A stretch of DNA of 64,000 nt, taken from sequence record NC_070963.1; one strand, 5' to 3'. Shown piece by piece: positions 55,501 through 64,000 of this stretch; within the stretch, counting starts at the first letter, position 1; each line of letters opens with the position of its first letter. Under the pieces are notes generated by a model. The model searched no databases and had not been told where the DNA came from. It saw nothing but the letters and a program-made list of their open reading frames with translations. The position numbers and the translations under genes are program-made.

Positions 55501-56863
55501 AGTTGGATCAATTTACAGTGGCAATTTTGTTAAGGTAAATCATTTCAATCATGGAATGTATGCCGCAAATAATAAGGTTGCAATTAGTGGAGTTATACCC
55601 AACACTGCGCCAACAACATTATCGCAATCTATTACAGCATCTTCTACATCTATTTCAGTAGCAAGTACTTCAAACTTTACAACTTTTGAAGGCAAAACTG
55701 TAAATGGAACAAATCCAGGATATGCAATTATTGAAAATGAAATTATTAAATATGAAAGTATTGGATCAGGAACTTTAGAAACAATAACTAGAGGACAATC
55801 TTCAACACTTGCTTTACCACATTCAGTTAATATTCCAGTATACAAGTATGAATTTAATGGAGTTTCTCTCCAGAGAATTAATACAACTCATAATATTAGT
55901 GATACTGGATTGGACATTGATAATTATTACATTGAGATTGATAGATCATCTAATGGTGTAAACAGAAGTGTTGATAATACACCTTCAGGATATCCACAAC
56001 TATCATTCTCATCAGAAATAACTTCTGGAGGATCTAAAGTATTTGCATCAGAAAATATTCAATATGATGCCATAATTCCATTCTATGATGCAGCAACTCC
56101 TACGTCGGCAACTTCATTATCTGCCAAAATTAGAACGGTTAGTGGAACAAGTATTAGTGGTAATGAAGTTTCATTCCAAGATTTGGGTTATGAAGACATT
56201 CAAATCAATTCTTTAAATACTCTTTCATCTTCTAGAATTGTTGCTTCTAAAGTAAATGAAGATACATTCTTAACTAATCTACCTAGAAATAAATCATTTA
56301 CGACTGCTTTAACATTATCATCTAGTAACAAGTATGTTTCTCCTCAAATATTCTTAGATACATCATTTACAGATTTCCATAGCAATAGAATCAATTCTCC
56401 AATATCAAACTATCAACAGGATGGTAGAGTGAATTCTATTTTAGATGATCCACACGCTGCTATTTACATTTCAAATACAGTAAGATTGTCTCAACCAGCA
56501 ACTTCACTCAAGGTAATTTTATCTGCGTACAGACATTTTTCTGCAGATTTCAGAGTCCTTTATAGTTTGATAAGAGCGGATTCCAGTGAAGTTGAGCAAT
56601 CATTTGAACTATTTCCTGGGTATAATAATTTAACCATAGACAATAATAATGATGGATATCCAGACGTTATTGACCCAGCAAATAATAGTGGACTTCCTGA
56701 TATTTTTGTTCCTGCAAGTAATGAAAATCAATTCCTAGAATATGAGTTTTCTGCAAATAATCTTGGACAATTTAGTGGATACACAATTAAAATTGTAATG
56801 TCATCCACAAACCAAGCATATCCACCTAGATTTAAAGATTTAAGGAGTATTGCTATTCGATGA
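49568..56863 (+). CDS. DUF4815 / VrlC-like large virion protein
   Basis: NLNVSPYFDDFD..KNFYKVLF.PG..VQAREL, APGADR, RFKTGFFVD.F, DPLAQTF. Confidence 0.82.
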   Translation: MAQKTNLNVSPYFDDFDAEKNFYKVLFNPGRPVQARELNNIQSILQNQVESFGSHIFKEGSVVIPGNLTYDPQFNAVKLNPTNFGVNISLYINQFLGKKITGQISGVTGVIQKIEVPDSINNLEYITLYVKYNDSGENFSITPFQNGESLVSSENVVYGNTTIVAGNPFASLISTDATAVGSAVSIDTGIYFVRGTFVNVSKQTIILDYYTNTPSYRVGLKVSEEIITAKEDDSLYDNAKGFTNYAAPGADRFKIGLSLTKKTIDSVDSDVDFIELLRLDAGQVKKLNTNTEYSIIKDYLAQRTYDESGNYSVTPFKVSLHDSLNNRLGNNGLFFKDQKTESGSTPSDDLMCIKLSPGKAYVRGYDIEKISTTILDVPKPRDTQNVDNVNIPFEMGSLLRINNITGSPKQNESVELHSVRRSASGNPSSTTKVGDARVYNFRLTDAAYSSASTNWDLYLYDIQTYTTLILNQALSQSQLPASSFIKGKSSGASGYVVSAGDGTTTVNVRQTSGTFIKGEQIIINGLELYPRSIANITVYNSDDIKQVYQSTSVSGFTTAFIGDSVLSKQLPIGFNASDTVNISAGGVVTSPGKFFNVIKPGSIIRYQTSTGSVENFNRVTSISLTGDSMTVVGVATVTGVCNGAIGVSTNISFSIGAPTIRNLEKGFLYAEVPNSNLSSIDLNDSILTFSAQSTSAKSSSSPIVLSVSDFSLPTGLTTALFQGFDEERYSVHYTDGTTQSLTADQFSLSNNQVTLSNLTSGKTTSSINATFIKNGVQSKEKQYNRSQTVNVIYSKYLESGTGISTSINDGLQFNPYYGLRVQDEEISLNYPDVAKVLAVYESLNTSNPSLDTLSFSSVLNIGGNAIIGENIIGSESGCVARVVTRSTNSVGIVFLNSNRFLTNENVTFEESNIVGQIDSITLGSYNDITNRFKLDKGQKEQYYDYSRIVRNEGETEPSKRILVVFDYFSVPTTDNGDVFTVLSYNKEQFADDVPLIGSRSVRASDTLDFRPRVSVFSGSSSSPFDFSNRNFSSSIKLNLTPNETTIIGYDYYVGRVDKVYLDKNGEFVYVQGTSSSNPKSPVKIDDVMEIATINLPPYLYTPKSATLSLVDNRRYTMRDIGLIENRVKNLERVTSLTLLELSTQTLQIQDSQGFNRFKTGFFVDDFKDYERVNLNFSLLEIDPELQEMRPIISRNSLKNYLAPALNIINEEVDLSTNYALIDSNVQKTGSTVTLKYASEKWIDQPLATQVENVNPFHVISYKGSIKLSPDRDNWVRTVQLPNKTISVTDFVLVERDNTVLGDRTVRVDNGANASRTELSTEFSQTVTETSSSSVRSTSSTRLVEARAEEYMRSRNTEFSITSLKPYTRYYQFLDGNGSVDFIPKLIEIANSESLENYGSSSAFTIGETVVGYDNQNNKIITFRVAMPSHKIGPFNSPTNKFTVNPYSRTESIPDAYSASSKVLNLDTYSISEEAQGLYSGYLVRGAKLVGQTSGAVAYVKDLRLISDNYGDLIGSFFIRDPNTNPVPDVRINTGTKTYKITSSPTNEVAVAGSTTISSAETNYISDGTLELYETTITNTTTVTNTRLTTTNITRVTTNFEQTQFPQQNRGGGKDPLAQTFTVDQDGGFLTEVDLYFYKKDSGNNPLTVEVRTVELGTPTTIVVGNPVTLRPDQIQTSDDASAVTKAVFDYPIYLAPGLEYAIVLLSPESVEYEVFIAEMGKKTIQSRNLPDSEAVVYTQQFAMGSLFKSQNGSVWTADQYQDMKFTLYRANFVTNTPATAFFYNPTLNESNGYIPNLQNNPLTVFPRKVSVGITTATNSTMVGILTTGRKISESTKTYNYGYIVGTGCSVSSVGVTTAGSNYVSDTSVSTYNIIGSGSGLTLNITASAGAITAASIVNPGNGYAVGDVVGIVTSSVSSNSGRDARITITGNNGGIDTLYLSNVQGESFTSDGTANLVYFDSSNNSVSLGNTYITSSTAVGSIYSGNFVKVNHFNHGMYAANNKVAISGVIPNTAPTTLSQSITASSTSISVASTSNFTTFEGKTVNGTNPGYAIIENEIIKYESIGSGTLETITRGQSSTLALPHSVNIPVYKYEFNGVSLQRINTTHNISDTGLDIDNYYIEIDRSSNGVNRSVDNTPSGYPQLSFSSEITSGGSKVFASENIQYDAIIPFYDAATPTSATSLSAKIRTVSGTSISGNEVSFQDLGYEDIQINSLNTLSSSRIVASKVNEDTFLTNLPRNKSFTTALTLSSSNKYVSPQIFLDTSFTDFHSNRINSPISNYQQDGRVNSILDDPHAAIYISNTVRLSQPATSLKVILSAYRHFSADFRVLYSLIRADSSEVEQSFELFPGYNNLTIDNNNDGYPDVIDPANNSGLPDIFVPASNENQFLEYEFSANNLGQFSGYTIKIVMSSTNQAYPPRFKDLRSIAIR

Positions 56864-57063
56864 TGATACCAGTTAAAGGGCACCCAAATTTATATCGTGA
56901 TGAAAAATCTGGTGCAATTGTAAATTGTGATAGTATTGCATATAATCAATATGTAAATAGTTTAAATAATAGGGAATCTCAAAAAAATGAATTAAATAAA
57001 ATCAAACAAGACATAGATGAAATTAAATCTTTATTAAAGGAGATACTTAATGGATCCAAATGA
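56860..57063 (+). CDS. small conserved hypothetical protein
   Basis: V.GHPNLYRD..SGAIVN motif plus coiled coil. Confidence 0.7.
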   Translation: MMIPVKGHPNLYRDEKSGAIVNCDSIAYNQYVNSLNNRESQKNELNKIKQDIDEIKSLLKEILNGSK

Positions 57064-57226
57064 AATATCACTTGAAAGTATTGATAAATTATTTGAGTAT
57101 GAAAAACATTCAAGATTCATAGATGAAATGGACTATGAACAACTTAAAAATTTTTCAAAGTTGTATTGTAAATTGTATTTGAAACAACAAGAAGTCATTA
57201 AGTCTTTGGGTTCAATTCAAATATAA
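57050..57226 (+). CDS. NblA-like phycobilisome degradation protein (putative)
   Basis: Hand-translated 58 aa; ISLE...F and MDYEQLKNFSKLY resemble cyanobacterial NblA LSLEQQF and MSHDQAKDFLVKLY; AAGGAG SD. Confidence 0.55.
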   Translation: MDPNEISLESIDKLFEYEKHSRFIDEMDYEQLKNFSKLYCKLYLKQQEVIKSLGSIQI

Positions 57227-57252
57227 ATAAAAAGTAGATCTTAGAAGAATAA

Positions 57253-57597
57253 ATGGCTGCAGTATATGTAAATAATCTAGTTGTAAATTCTGGAGCCGAT
57301 TTTAGTCAATCATTTACTTTAGAAGGGTCTGATACGAGTTCTGCCTTTGATTTGACTGGATATACCGTATCTGCTCAGATGAGAAAATGGGCGGGAAGTT
57401 CTACTGCAACATCATTTACTGCTACAATTGAATCTCCACCTACTATAGGGCAAATTTTATTAAGATTAAATTCTACACAAACATCAAATTTAAAACCCGG
57501 AAGATATGTTTATGATGTTGTAATTATAGATGAATTTGGAGTTAAAAATAGAGTAATTGAGGGAATGGTTCTCGTAACAGAGGGAGTTACTCGATAA
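57253..57597 (+). CDS. virion structural protein
   Basis: GADF...TL, GRYVYDV motif; TATAAATA at 57222. Confidence 0.7.
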   Translation: MAAVYVNNLVVNSGADFSQSFTLEGSDTSSAFDLTGYTVSAQMRKWAGSSTATSFTATIESPPTIGQILLRLNSTQTSNLKPGRYVYDVVIIDEFGVKNRVIEGMVLVTEGVTR

Positions 57598-58238
57598 TGT
57601 CCGATATTAAAGTTAGAGTTGGGCAACAAAATGCAGTAAAAATTGTTTCTAGTATTTCCGGATCTGCTGGTGGAAGAGCAGTCACTGCAGAAAATGTTAT
57701 TGGTGGTATTGGATCTATAAGAGAGTTGTATGTAAGTGGTATATCCACTTTTGTTGGTGTAAGTACCTTTAAAAATGATGTTTACATTGATGGTGATCTT
57801 ATAGTTGGTGATGATTTAGTATTTGATGAATTTACTGCTAGAAATGGTAGAGTAACTGGAATTACCACATTATTTAATTTAAATGTAACTGGCATTGCCA
57901 CTGTCAATAATTTAAATGTAACTGGATTTTCTACTTTTGTAGGAATTACAACATTTAAAAGTGATGTATATGTTGATGGTGACTTATATGTAAGTGATGA
58001 TTTAAAATTTGATGAATTTTCTGCTAGAAATGCAATTATATCTGGAATTGCAACAATATCTGGCGGTTTATATTATGGGCCTTATTATACAAATGGAATG
58101 CCATATTTTAATTCTAGTGGATTGATGGTTTCTACAAATAGTCCACAAAATGGAATAGATTATACAAACTATATAATGACAACAGACAACAGCAATGTTC
58201 CTACCTGGTCAAATGCAATAGATGGAGGTACTTACTAA
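57597..58238 (+). CDS. fibre-like structural protein
   Basis: Internal repeat V.G.STFVG..TFK.DVY.DGDL.V.DDL.FDEF.ARN (twice). Confidence 0.65.
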   Translation: MSDIKVRVGQQNAVKIVSSISGSAGGRAVTAENVIGGIGSIRELYVSGISTFVGVSTFKNDVYIDGDLIVGDDLVFDEFTARNGRVTGITTLFNLNVTGIATVNNLNVTGFSTFVGITTFKSDVYVDGDLYVSDDLKFDEFSARNAIISGIATISGGLYYGPYYTNGMPYFNSSGLMVSTNSPQNGIDYTNYIMTTDNSNVPTWSNAIDGGTY

Positions 58239-59080
58239 TGGCAAAACCAGCAACAAGACAACAATTAATTGATTATTGTCTTAGAAGATTGGGAGCTCCT
58301 GTTTTAGAAATTAACGTAGATGATGATCAAATTGATGATCTAGTTGATGATGCTTTACAATATTTTCAAGAGCGACATTTTGATGGTGTTGAAAGGATGT
58401 ATTTAAAGTATAAATTTACTGAGGAAGATATTAATAGAGGAAGAGCAAAAGGTACAAATGGTGTAGGTATTGTAACTACAACGGGAACAGCAAATATCAG
58501 CGGAATTGGTACAACTAGTTTTAATTTCTACGAATCTTCAAACTTTATCCAAGTACCAGATTCTGTAATTGGAATAGAAAAAGTTTTTAAATTTGATACT
58601 AGTTCTATTTCTGGAGGAATGTTTAGTATCAAATATCAACTATTTTTAAATGATTTGTACTATTTTAACTCTGTTGAACTTTTACAGTATGCAATGGTTA
58701 AATCATATCTGGAAGATATTGACTTTTTATTAACAACTGATAAGCAAATTAGATTTAATAAAAGACAAAATAGAATGTATCTTGACATTGACTGGAATGC
58801 TCAAAGTAAAGATACTTTTATTATTATAGATTGTTATAGGATTTTAGATCCTAATGATTTTACTAAAGTTTATAATGATAGTTTTTTAAAAAGATATTTA
58901 ACCGCTTTAATAAAAAGACAATGGGGACAAAATCTAATTAAATTTAGGGGAGTTAAACTTCCTGGCGGAATCGAATTAAATGGTAGAGAAATTTATGAAG
59001 ATGCTGAGAAGGAAATAGCAGACTTAATGCAAAGAATGTCTATGGATTATGAACTTCCACCCTACGATTTTATTGGATAA
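58238..59080 (+). CDS. gp13: neck protein gp13
   Basis: L.DYCLRRLGAPV.EINVDDDQ, K.QWG.NL.KF.GV.LPGG..LNG. Confidence 0.93.
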   Translation: MAKPATRQQLIDYCLRRLGAPVLEINVDDDQIDDLVDDALQYFQERHFDGVERMYLKYKFTEEDINRGRAKGTNGVGIVTTTGTANISGIGTTSFNFYESSNFIQVPDSVIGIEKVFKFDTSSISGGMFSIKYQLFLNDLYYFNSVELLQYAMVKSYLEDIDFLLTTDKQIRFNKRQNRMYLDIDWNAQSKDTFIIIDCYRILDPNDFTKVYNDSFLKRYLTALIKRQWGQNLIKFRGVKLPGGIELNGREIYEDAEKEIADLMQRMSMDYELPPYDFIG

Positions 59081-59082
59081 TA

Positions 59083-60474
59083 ATGGCACTTAATCCTTTT
59101 TTCTTACAAGGTTCTCCAGGAGAGCAGAGACTTGTACAAGATTTAATTAATGAACAATTGAAGATTTATGGAGTTGATGTAATTTACATTCCTAGAAAAT
59201 TTGTAAGAAAACAAACTATTATCCGCGAAATACAATCTTCAAAGTTTGATGATAATTATGCAATTGAAGCATATATTAATAACTATGATGGATATAGTGG
59301 TCAGGGAGATATTCTTTCCAAATTTGGTGTGAATTTGAAAGATGAATTAAGTTTAGTAATTTCAAAAGAAAGATTTGAAGACTTTATATCTCCATTTTTA
59401 GAAGCATCTGATAACGATGAAATTATTCTTGCATCTAGACCTAGAGAGGGTGATTTAGTTTATTTTCCATTGGGACAAAGGATCTTTGAAGTTAAGTTTG
59501 TTGAGCATGAAGTTAATTTTTACCAACTAGGAAAACTTTATATGTATGAATTAAAATGTGAACTATTTGAATATGAGGACGAAGTTATTGATACTACAAT
59601 TGATGAAATTGATAGTCAAATTAAGGATGAAGGTTACATTACTACTCTACAACTTATTGGGGCAGGATCTACAGCATCTGCAACTGCTACTTTAGCAACT
59701 GGATATATTAGAGAAATATTTTTAAATAATGATGGATATGGATATACTTCTACGCCAATAGTTGCTATTGGAACAGCACCTGCAGGAGGAATTAATGCAG
59801 CAGCAGTAGCAATTACAACTAGTAAAGGAGGAGTTCGTTCTGTTGAGTCTATTATTTTAACATGTGCCGGAGCAGGATATACAACTATTCCAAATATTAC
59901 AATATCTGGGGGTAATGGAATTGGAGCTGCCGCAACATGCTCTATTGAAACTATACAGAGTGGTATTTCAACATTTACAATGGTGAACTTTGGAAATGGA
60001 TATATTGTTCCACCGCCAGTAACTATAAGTTCTCCCATAGGATCGGGAATAACTGCATCTGCAGTTGCTATAGTAGGATTTGGACAAACAATTTCATCTC
60101 TAAGAATTACAAATCCTGGAGTAGGATACACTGTCGCACCATCAGTTACGATTGCACCTCCACCTGTTCTTTCCGGAATCGGAACTTATATCTTCAATGA
60201 AGAAGTATTTGGATCTGTTTCCGGAACTCGTGGTCGTGTTAAATCTTGGGACTTTGATACAAAAATTCTTAAGGTATCTCTTGTAGATAATGCAGCAACA
60301 AAAGAGTTTTATCCTGGCGAATTACTTGTTGGGGCCGCTTCAAGTGCAATTTATTCAGTCCAATCGTATGACTCATGGGATCAATATGATAAATATAGTG
60401 AAAATGTGGAAATTGAAAATGCTGCTGAAGGCATTGTAGATTTTTCAGAATCAAATCCATTTGGTACATTCTAA
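59083..60474 (+). CDS. gp14: neck protein gp14
   Basis: EQ.LVQDL..E.LK.YG.D..Y.PR, RP.EGDL.YFP, DFSESNPFG. Confidence 0.92.
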   Translation: MALNPFFLQGSPGEQRLVQDLINEQLKIYGVDVIYIPRKFVRKQTIIREIQSSKFDDNYAIEAYINNYDGYSGQGDILSKFGVNLKDELSLVISKERFEDFISPFLEASDNDEIILASRPREGDLVYFPLGQRIFEVKFVEHEVNFYQLGKLYMYELKCELFEYEDEVIDTTIDEIDSQIKDEGYITTLQLIGAGSTASATATLATGYIREIFLNNDGYGYTSTPIVAIGTAPAGGINAAAVAITTSKGGVRSVESIILTCAGAGYTTIPNITISGGNGIGAAATCSIETIQSGISTFTMVNFGNGYIVPPPVTISSPIGSGITASAVAIVGFGQTISSLRITNPGVGYTVAPSVTIAPPPVLSGIGTYIFNEEVFGSVSGTRGRVKSWDFDTKILKVSLVDNAATKEFYPGELLVGAASSAIYSVQSYDSWDQYDKYSENVEIENAAEGIVDFSESNPFGTF

Positions 60475-60511
60475 GCAATATAAATATAATAGTTGATAAA
60501 AATAGTATCCA

Positions 60512-61039
60512 ATGAAAACTTATTATCATAATCACCATATAATACCAAAACATATGGGTGGAAGTGATGATCCAGACAATATTATTAAATTAACAGTTCA
60601 AGAACACGCAGAATCGCACAAAATTCTTTGGGAAAAATACGGTAAAAAGGAAGACGAAATTGCTTGGAGAATGTTAAGTGGGCAAATAACACCATATGAA
60701 GCAACAATAGAGGCGATTAAAAATTCTTCAAAAAAAACTTGCGAGAAAAGAAATAAAGAAAACAATCCAATGTGGGATCCAAAAAACGTAGAAAAAGCAA
60801 AAAAAAATATTAAAAAATTTTGGGACAACAATCCAGAATTAAAAAAAGAAGTATCAAAGAGATCGAAAATGATAAATACAGGTAAAAGAAGGACTGAAAA
60901 ACAAAAAGAAAATTACAGAAATGCTAAATTGGGAAAGCATTATCCAACTTCAAAAAGAAAATGTTCTTGTCTAGGTTGTAAAAAGGAAACAACTACGCAA
61001 GCATTTCACAGAGTTCATTTAAAAAAATGTTTTGAATAA
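60512..61039 (+). mobile_element. HNH (Mob-like) homing endonuclease between gp14 and gp15
   Basis: HHIIPKHMGGSDD..N...LT..EH...H..L; TATAAATA at 60479. Confidence 0.85.
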
Positions 61040-61053
61040 TCGGGTATAGGAAA

Positions 61054-61851
61054 ACGTTAGGAACATACTATTATCACGAAATTATCAGAAGAACTGTCAT
61101 TGCGTTTGGAACAGTTTTCAATGAAATTTATATAAGGCATAAAGATTCTTCTGGAGATAGTATCAGTGAAATGAAAGTTGCTTTGGCGTATGGGCCAATT
61201 CAAAAATTTCTTGCCAGGTTACAACAGCAACCTGAGTTGAATAAACCAATCGCTATGACATTACCAAGAATGTCTTTTGAAATGACATCTATTCAATATG
61301 ATGCGACTCGAAAAGCAAATATTACACAAACTTTTAAAGCATCTGATGGAACCAATTTAAAAAAAGTTTATTTACCAGTTCCTTACAATATTGGGTTTCA
61401 GTTAAATATAATGACAAAATTGCAAGATGATGCTTTACAAGTTGTTGAGCAAATATTACCTTATTTTCAACCATCATTTAATCTAACAGTAGATTTAATT
61501 GATTCTATTGGCGAAAAAAGAGACATTCCTATTGTGTTGGATAGTATATCTTTTACTGATGATTATGAGGGAGATTTTTCAACAAGAAGAGTATTAATTT
61601 ATACACTTAATTTTACTGCAAAAACTTATTTGTTTGGCCCAATTGCAGATTCTACCGATGGTCTCATTCGTAAAGTTCAAGTTGATTATTATAATTCAAC
61701 AGATACTTCGATAGCAAAGAGGGAAATGAGGTATACTCTTACTCCCGATCCTATTGATGCAAATCCTGAGGATGATTTTGGATTTAATGAGGTATGGGAA
61801 AGTTTTGAGGACTCTAAAACTTATAGTCCAACACAGCAAAAAGACATTTGA
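61054..61851 (+). CDS. gp15: tail terminator / sheath stabiliser gp15 (probable ACG start at 61054)
   Basis: In-frame LGTYYYHEIIRRTVIAFGTVFN upstream of the track start at 61171; LPRMSFE, VPYN..F.L, QILPYFQP, DYEGDF..RR. Confidence 0.9.
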   Translation, partial: TLGTYYYHEIIRRTVIAFGTVFNEIYIRHKDSSGDSISEMKVALAYGPIQKFLARLQQQPELNKPIAMTLPRMSFEMTSIQYDATRKANITQTFKASDGTNLKKVYLPVPYNIGFQLNIMTKLQDDALQVVEQILPYFQPSFNLTVDLIDSIGEKRDIPIVLDSISFTDDYEGDFSTRRVLIYTLNFTAKTYLFGPIADSTDGLIRKVQVDYYNSTDTSIAKREMRYTLTPDPIDANPEDDFGFNEVWESFEDSKTYSPTQQKDI

Positions 61852-61857
61852 TAAGGT

Positions 61858-62280
61858 ATGAATAACACATTTGATGGTTTAGATTCTGCTCTTAATATTG
61901 AAAGTAATATTGTTGAAGTGGAAAAAGTAAAAGAAGACTTAAAAATATCACCCTTGAAAACGGATGATATTCAAAAAGATTATGAATATACTAGAGCAAA
62001 TCTTTATTCATTAATTGAAAAGGGGCAAGAAGCAATTAATGGGATAATGGAACTTGCTGGAGAAGGTGGAAGTCCAAGAGCATATGAAGTTGCTGGACAA
62101 CTTATCAAAAGTGTTGGAGATGTAACAGATAAACTTATAGATTTACAGAAAAAACTTAAAGAAGTTGAAGATGAATCTGTTAAAACAACTAATAATGTCA
62201 CAAATAATGCAGTTTTTGTTGGATCAACTTCAGAACTTTCAAAATTACTCAAGCAAGGTTTTCTAAATAATAAAGAGTAA
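61858..62280 (+). CDS. gp16: terminase small subunit gp16
   Basis: DYEY.R..L..LI.KG, SPRAYEV...LIK, NNA.FVGST.EL. Confidence 0.9.
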   Translation: MNNTFDGLDSALNIESNIVEVEKVKEDLKISPLKTDDIQKDYEYTRANLYSLIEKGQEAINGIMELAGEGGSPRAYEVAGQLIKSVGDVTDKLIDLQKKLKEVEDESVKTTNNVTNNAVFVGSTSELSKLLKQGFLNNKE

Positions 62281-62293
62281 TTTTAGTATCTCA

Positions 62294-64000
62294 ATGGGTT
62301 GGTCAGAAAAATATAAAAAATCTATTGACTGTAACAATCCAAAAGGATTTTCTCAAAGAGCTCATTGTCAAGGACGAAACAAAAAATTGAAAGAACAATT
62401 TAAACCATTTAAAACAGTTGAGGAAATTGCTAAGAAGCATCGTATGGATGTTTCATTTATTCAAAAGCAATTGGACATGGGCGAACCAATCGAACATGAG
62501 CATACTAAAAATCATGAACTAGCAAAAGAAATTGCTCTTCAACATTTAGATGAAATTCCAGATTACTATACTCGTTTGAAAAAAATGGAGGCATCTGCAA
62601 AAAAAGAACATAAAAAGTTCAAAGATGTAAAAATTAATGAAGAAGGTCTTCGTGCTTGGTTTGGAAAGTCTAAGTCTAAAGAAGGAAAACCTGGTTGGGT
62701 AAATGTTGTTACAGGTGGAACTTGTGCTAGTGATGAACCTGGAGAAGGAACTCCAAAATGCGTATCTTCAGCAAAAAGAGCAAGCATGACTAAAGCAGAA
62801 AGATTATCTGCAGCAAGAAGAAAAAAAGCAGCAGATCCTGGTCAACAAGAAAAGTCAGGTGCTGCAAAACCAACTTATGTTACAACAGATCCAAAGAAAA
62901 AAATGAAAGAAGAACTGGATTTACAAGAAGTCACAGATAAACCTGGAAAAGGTAGTGGTAAAAAAGACGCTTGCTATCATAAAGTAAAATCAAGATATGA
63001 TGTTTGGCCAAGTGCATATGCTTCTGGAGCACTTGTTAAGTGTCGTAAAGTAGGTGCTGCAAATTGGGGAACTAAGTCTGAAGCAATGGAAATGGTTAGA
63101 TATTGTCCAAAGTGCCAAAAAGATGAAACTAGAAATGAATGCAAATATGGCGTAAAATATTGGGATATGTTCTCTAGACCTTCTGCTTTGACCACAAATC
63201 AATTGAAATATAATATTGCGACTGTCCATCCAGGAAACTTTCCAGAATCATATGATCATGAGTATTCGATGGCACGTTCTGAACTTTCAACCATTATTGC
63301 TGCAGCAAAAAGACTTCGTAAAAAAATGAAAGGTGAAGGTAATATTGAAGCATGGGTGCAATCAAAAATTACCAAAGCAGCAGATTATATTGATGCAGCT
63401 GCTGATTATATCGATAGTGGTGAAATGTCTGAACAGGTTGCAAATACTGATACAATGTCAGATAAAAAACCATTTGACATTGCAGTTAAAAAAATTATGG
63501 ATAGAAAAGGTAAACTGACTCCTTCTCAAAGAATTATTGCTCTTAAACAAGCAGGAAAACTTCAAGGTGTCGATGAAAGTGCTGCTGCATTACTTCGTGC
63601 TGGTCTTGCTGCAGGAACTGCTCTTGCTGGTATGAGTGTTGTTAAACAAGCAAAAGAAGTTGGCAAAAAAATAGAAGCAAGAAATCAACAAACTCAAAAA
63701 GCAATTGATAGTCTTAGAAACTCTTATGACTTAGAGGGTGAAGTAATTGATGAAAAGTGTTGGGATGGATATAAGAAAAAAGGAATGAAGACAATGTTTG
63801 GAAAGAGATATCCAAATTGCGTAAAAGCAGAAGGATTCTCTAACTGGAGAGAAGAAATGGGTTTAAGTGAGGATTGGCAATCAGTAAATCGTAAAGATAA
63901 AACTGATGGATTAAGTCAAAAAGCAGTTAATGCCTATCGTCGTGAGAATCCAGGTTCAAAACTTCAAACTGCAGTAACTGAAAAAAAACCAACTGGTAAA
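62294..64000 (+). CDS. large modular head-associated protein (partial, runs off the window)
   Basis: ATG at 62294; frame checked open at several points to the end; modules HLDEIPDYYTRL, WPSAYASGALVKCRK, DHEYSMARSEL, CWDGY, GLSQKAVNAYRRENPGS. Confidence 0.7.
   Translation, partial: MGWSEKYKKSIDCNNPKGFSQRAHCQGRNKKLKEQFKPFKTVEEIAKKHRMDVSFIQKQLDMGEPIEHEHTKNHELAKEIALQHLDEIPDYYTRLKKMEASAKKEHKKFKDVKINEEGLRAWFGKSKSKEGKPGWVNVVTGGTCASDEPGEGTPKCVSSAKRASMTKAERLSAARRKKAADPGQQEKSGAAKPTYVTTDPKKKMKEELDLQEVTDKPGKGSGKKDACYHKVKSRYDVWPSAYASGALVKCRKVGAANWGTKSEAMEMVRYCPKCQKDETRNECKYGVKYWDMFSRPSALTTNQLKYNIATVHPGNFPESYDHEYSMARSELSTIIAAAKRLRKKMKGEGNIEAWVQSKITKAADYIDAAADYIDSGEMSEQVANTDTMSDKKPFDIAVKKIMDRKGKLTPSQRIIALKQAGKLQGVDESAAALLRAGLAAGTALAGMSVVKQAKEVGKKIEARNQQTQKAIDSLRNSYDLEGEVIDEKCWDGYKKKGMKTMFGKRYPNCVKAEGFSNWREEMGLSEDWQSVNRKDKTDGLSQKAVNAYRRENPGSKLQTAVTEKKPTGK

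Noticed and set aside
34315-60474. Short minus-strand ORFs within gp6-gp14 and the other overlapping shadow ORFs in the track
   Set aside because: They are antisense or out-of-frame shadows of long real genes, with no SD, promoter or recognisable motif.
60512-60530. HNH start MKTYYH as a remnant of the gp15 start LGTYYYH
   Set aside because: Similarity is only about 8 nt, and such N-termini are normal for this HNH class; too weak to claim a third gene-end duplication.

Overview
A 64 kb piece of a T4-like cyanomyovirus (Kyanoviridae-type) genome, almost entirely coded on the + strand. Bases 1-31.3k are an accessory/early region of small ORFs. It includes host-type auxiliary genes (peptide deformylase, CP12, two 2OG-Fe(II) oxygenase-like genes), a tail fibre with an S74 chaperone, four homing endonucleases and putative capsid-internal proteins. 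It ends in a GC-richer, repeat- and hairpin-dense stretch (about 23.3-31.3k) that looks like the origin/earliest-expressed region. Bases 31.3-64k carry speD and the structural module gp25-gp6-gp7-gp8-DUF4815/VrlC-like, a small NblA-like gene, gp13-gp14-HNH-gp15-gp16, and the truncated start of a large modular protein. Main observations: (1) two paralogous intron-less GIY-YIG endonucleases sit inside host genes and are flanked by a diverged duplicate of the disrupted gene end (5' end in one case, 3' end in the other), each behind a late-promoter/hairpin translational lock; (2) a 22-bp palindrome lies at a fixed distance upstream of 14 early -10 boxes; (3) two copies of a candidate ~62-nt ncRNA have covarying stems; (4) an rrn boxA-like element precedes an array of GTTACACT/hairpin intergenic modules, suggesting antitermination; (5) there are three clusters of CTCGWCGAG; (6) gp15 appears to start at ACG. 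No tRNA, rRNA, CRISPR array or reverse transcriptase was recognised. All family calls are by eye, without database searches.
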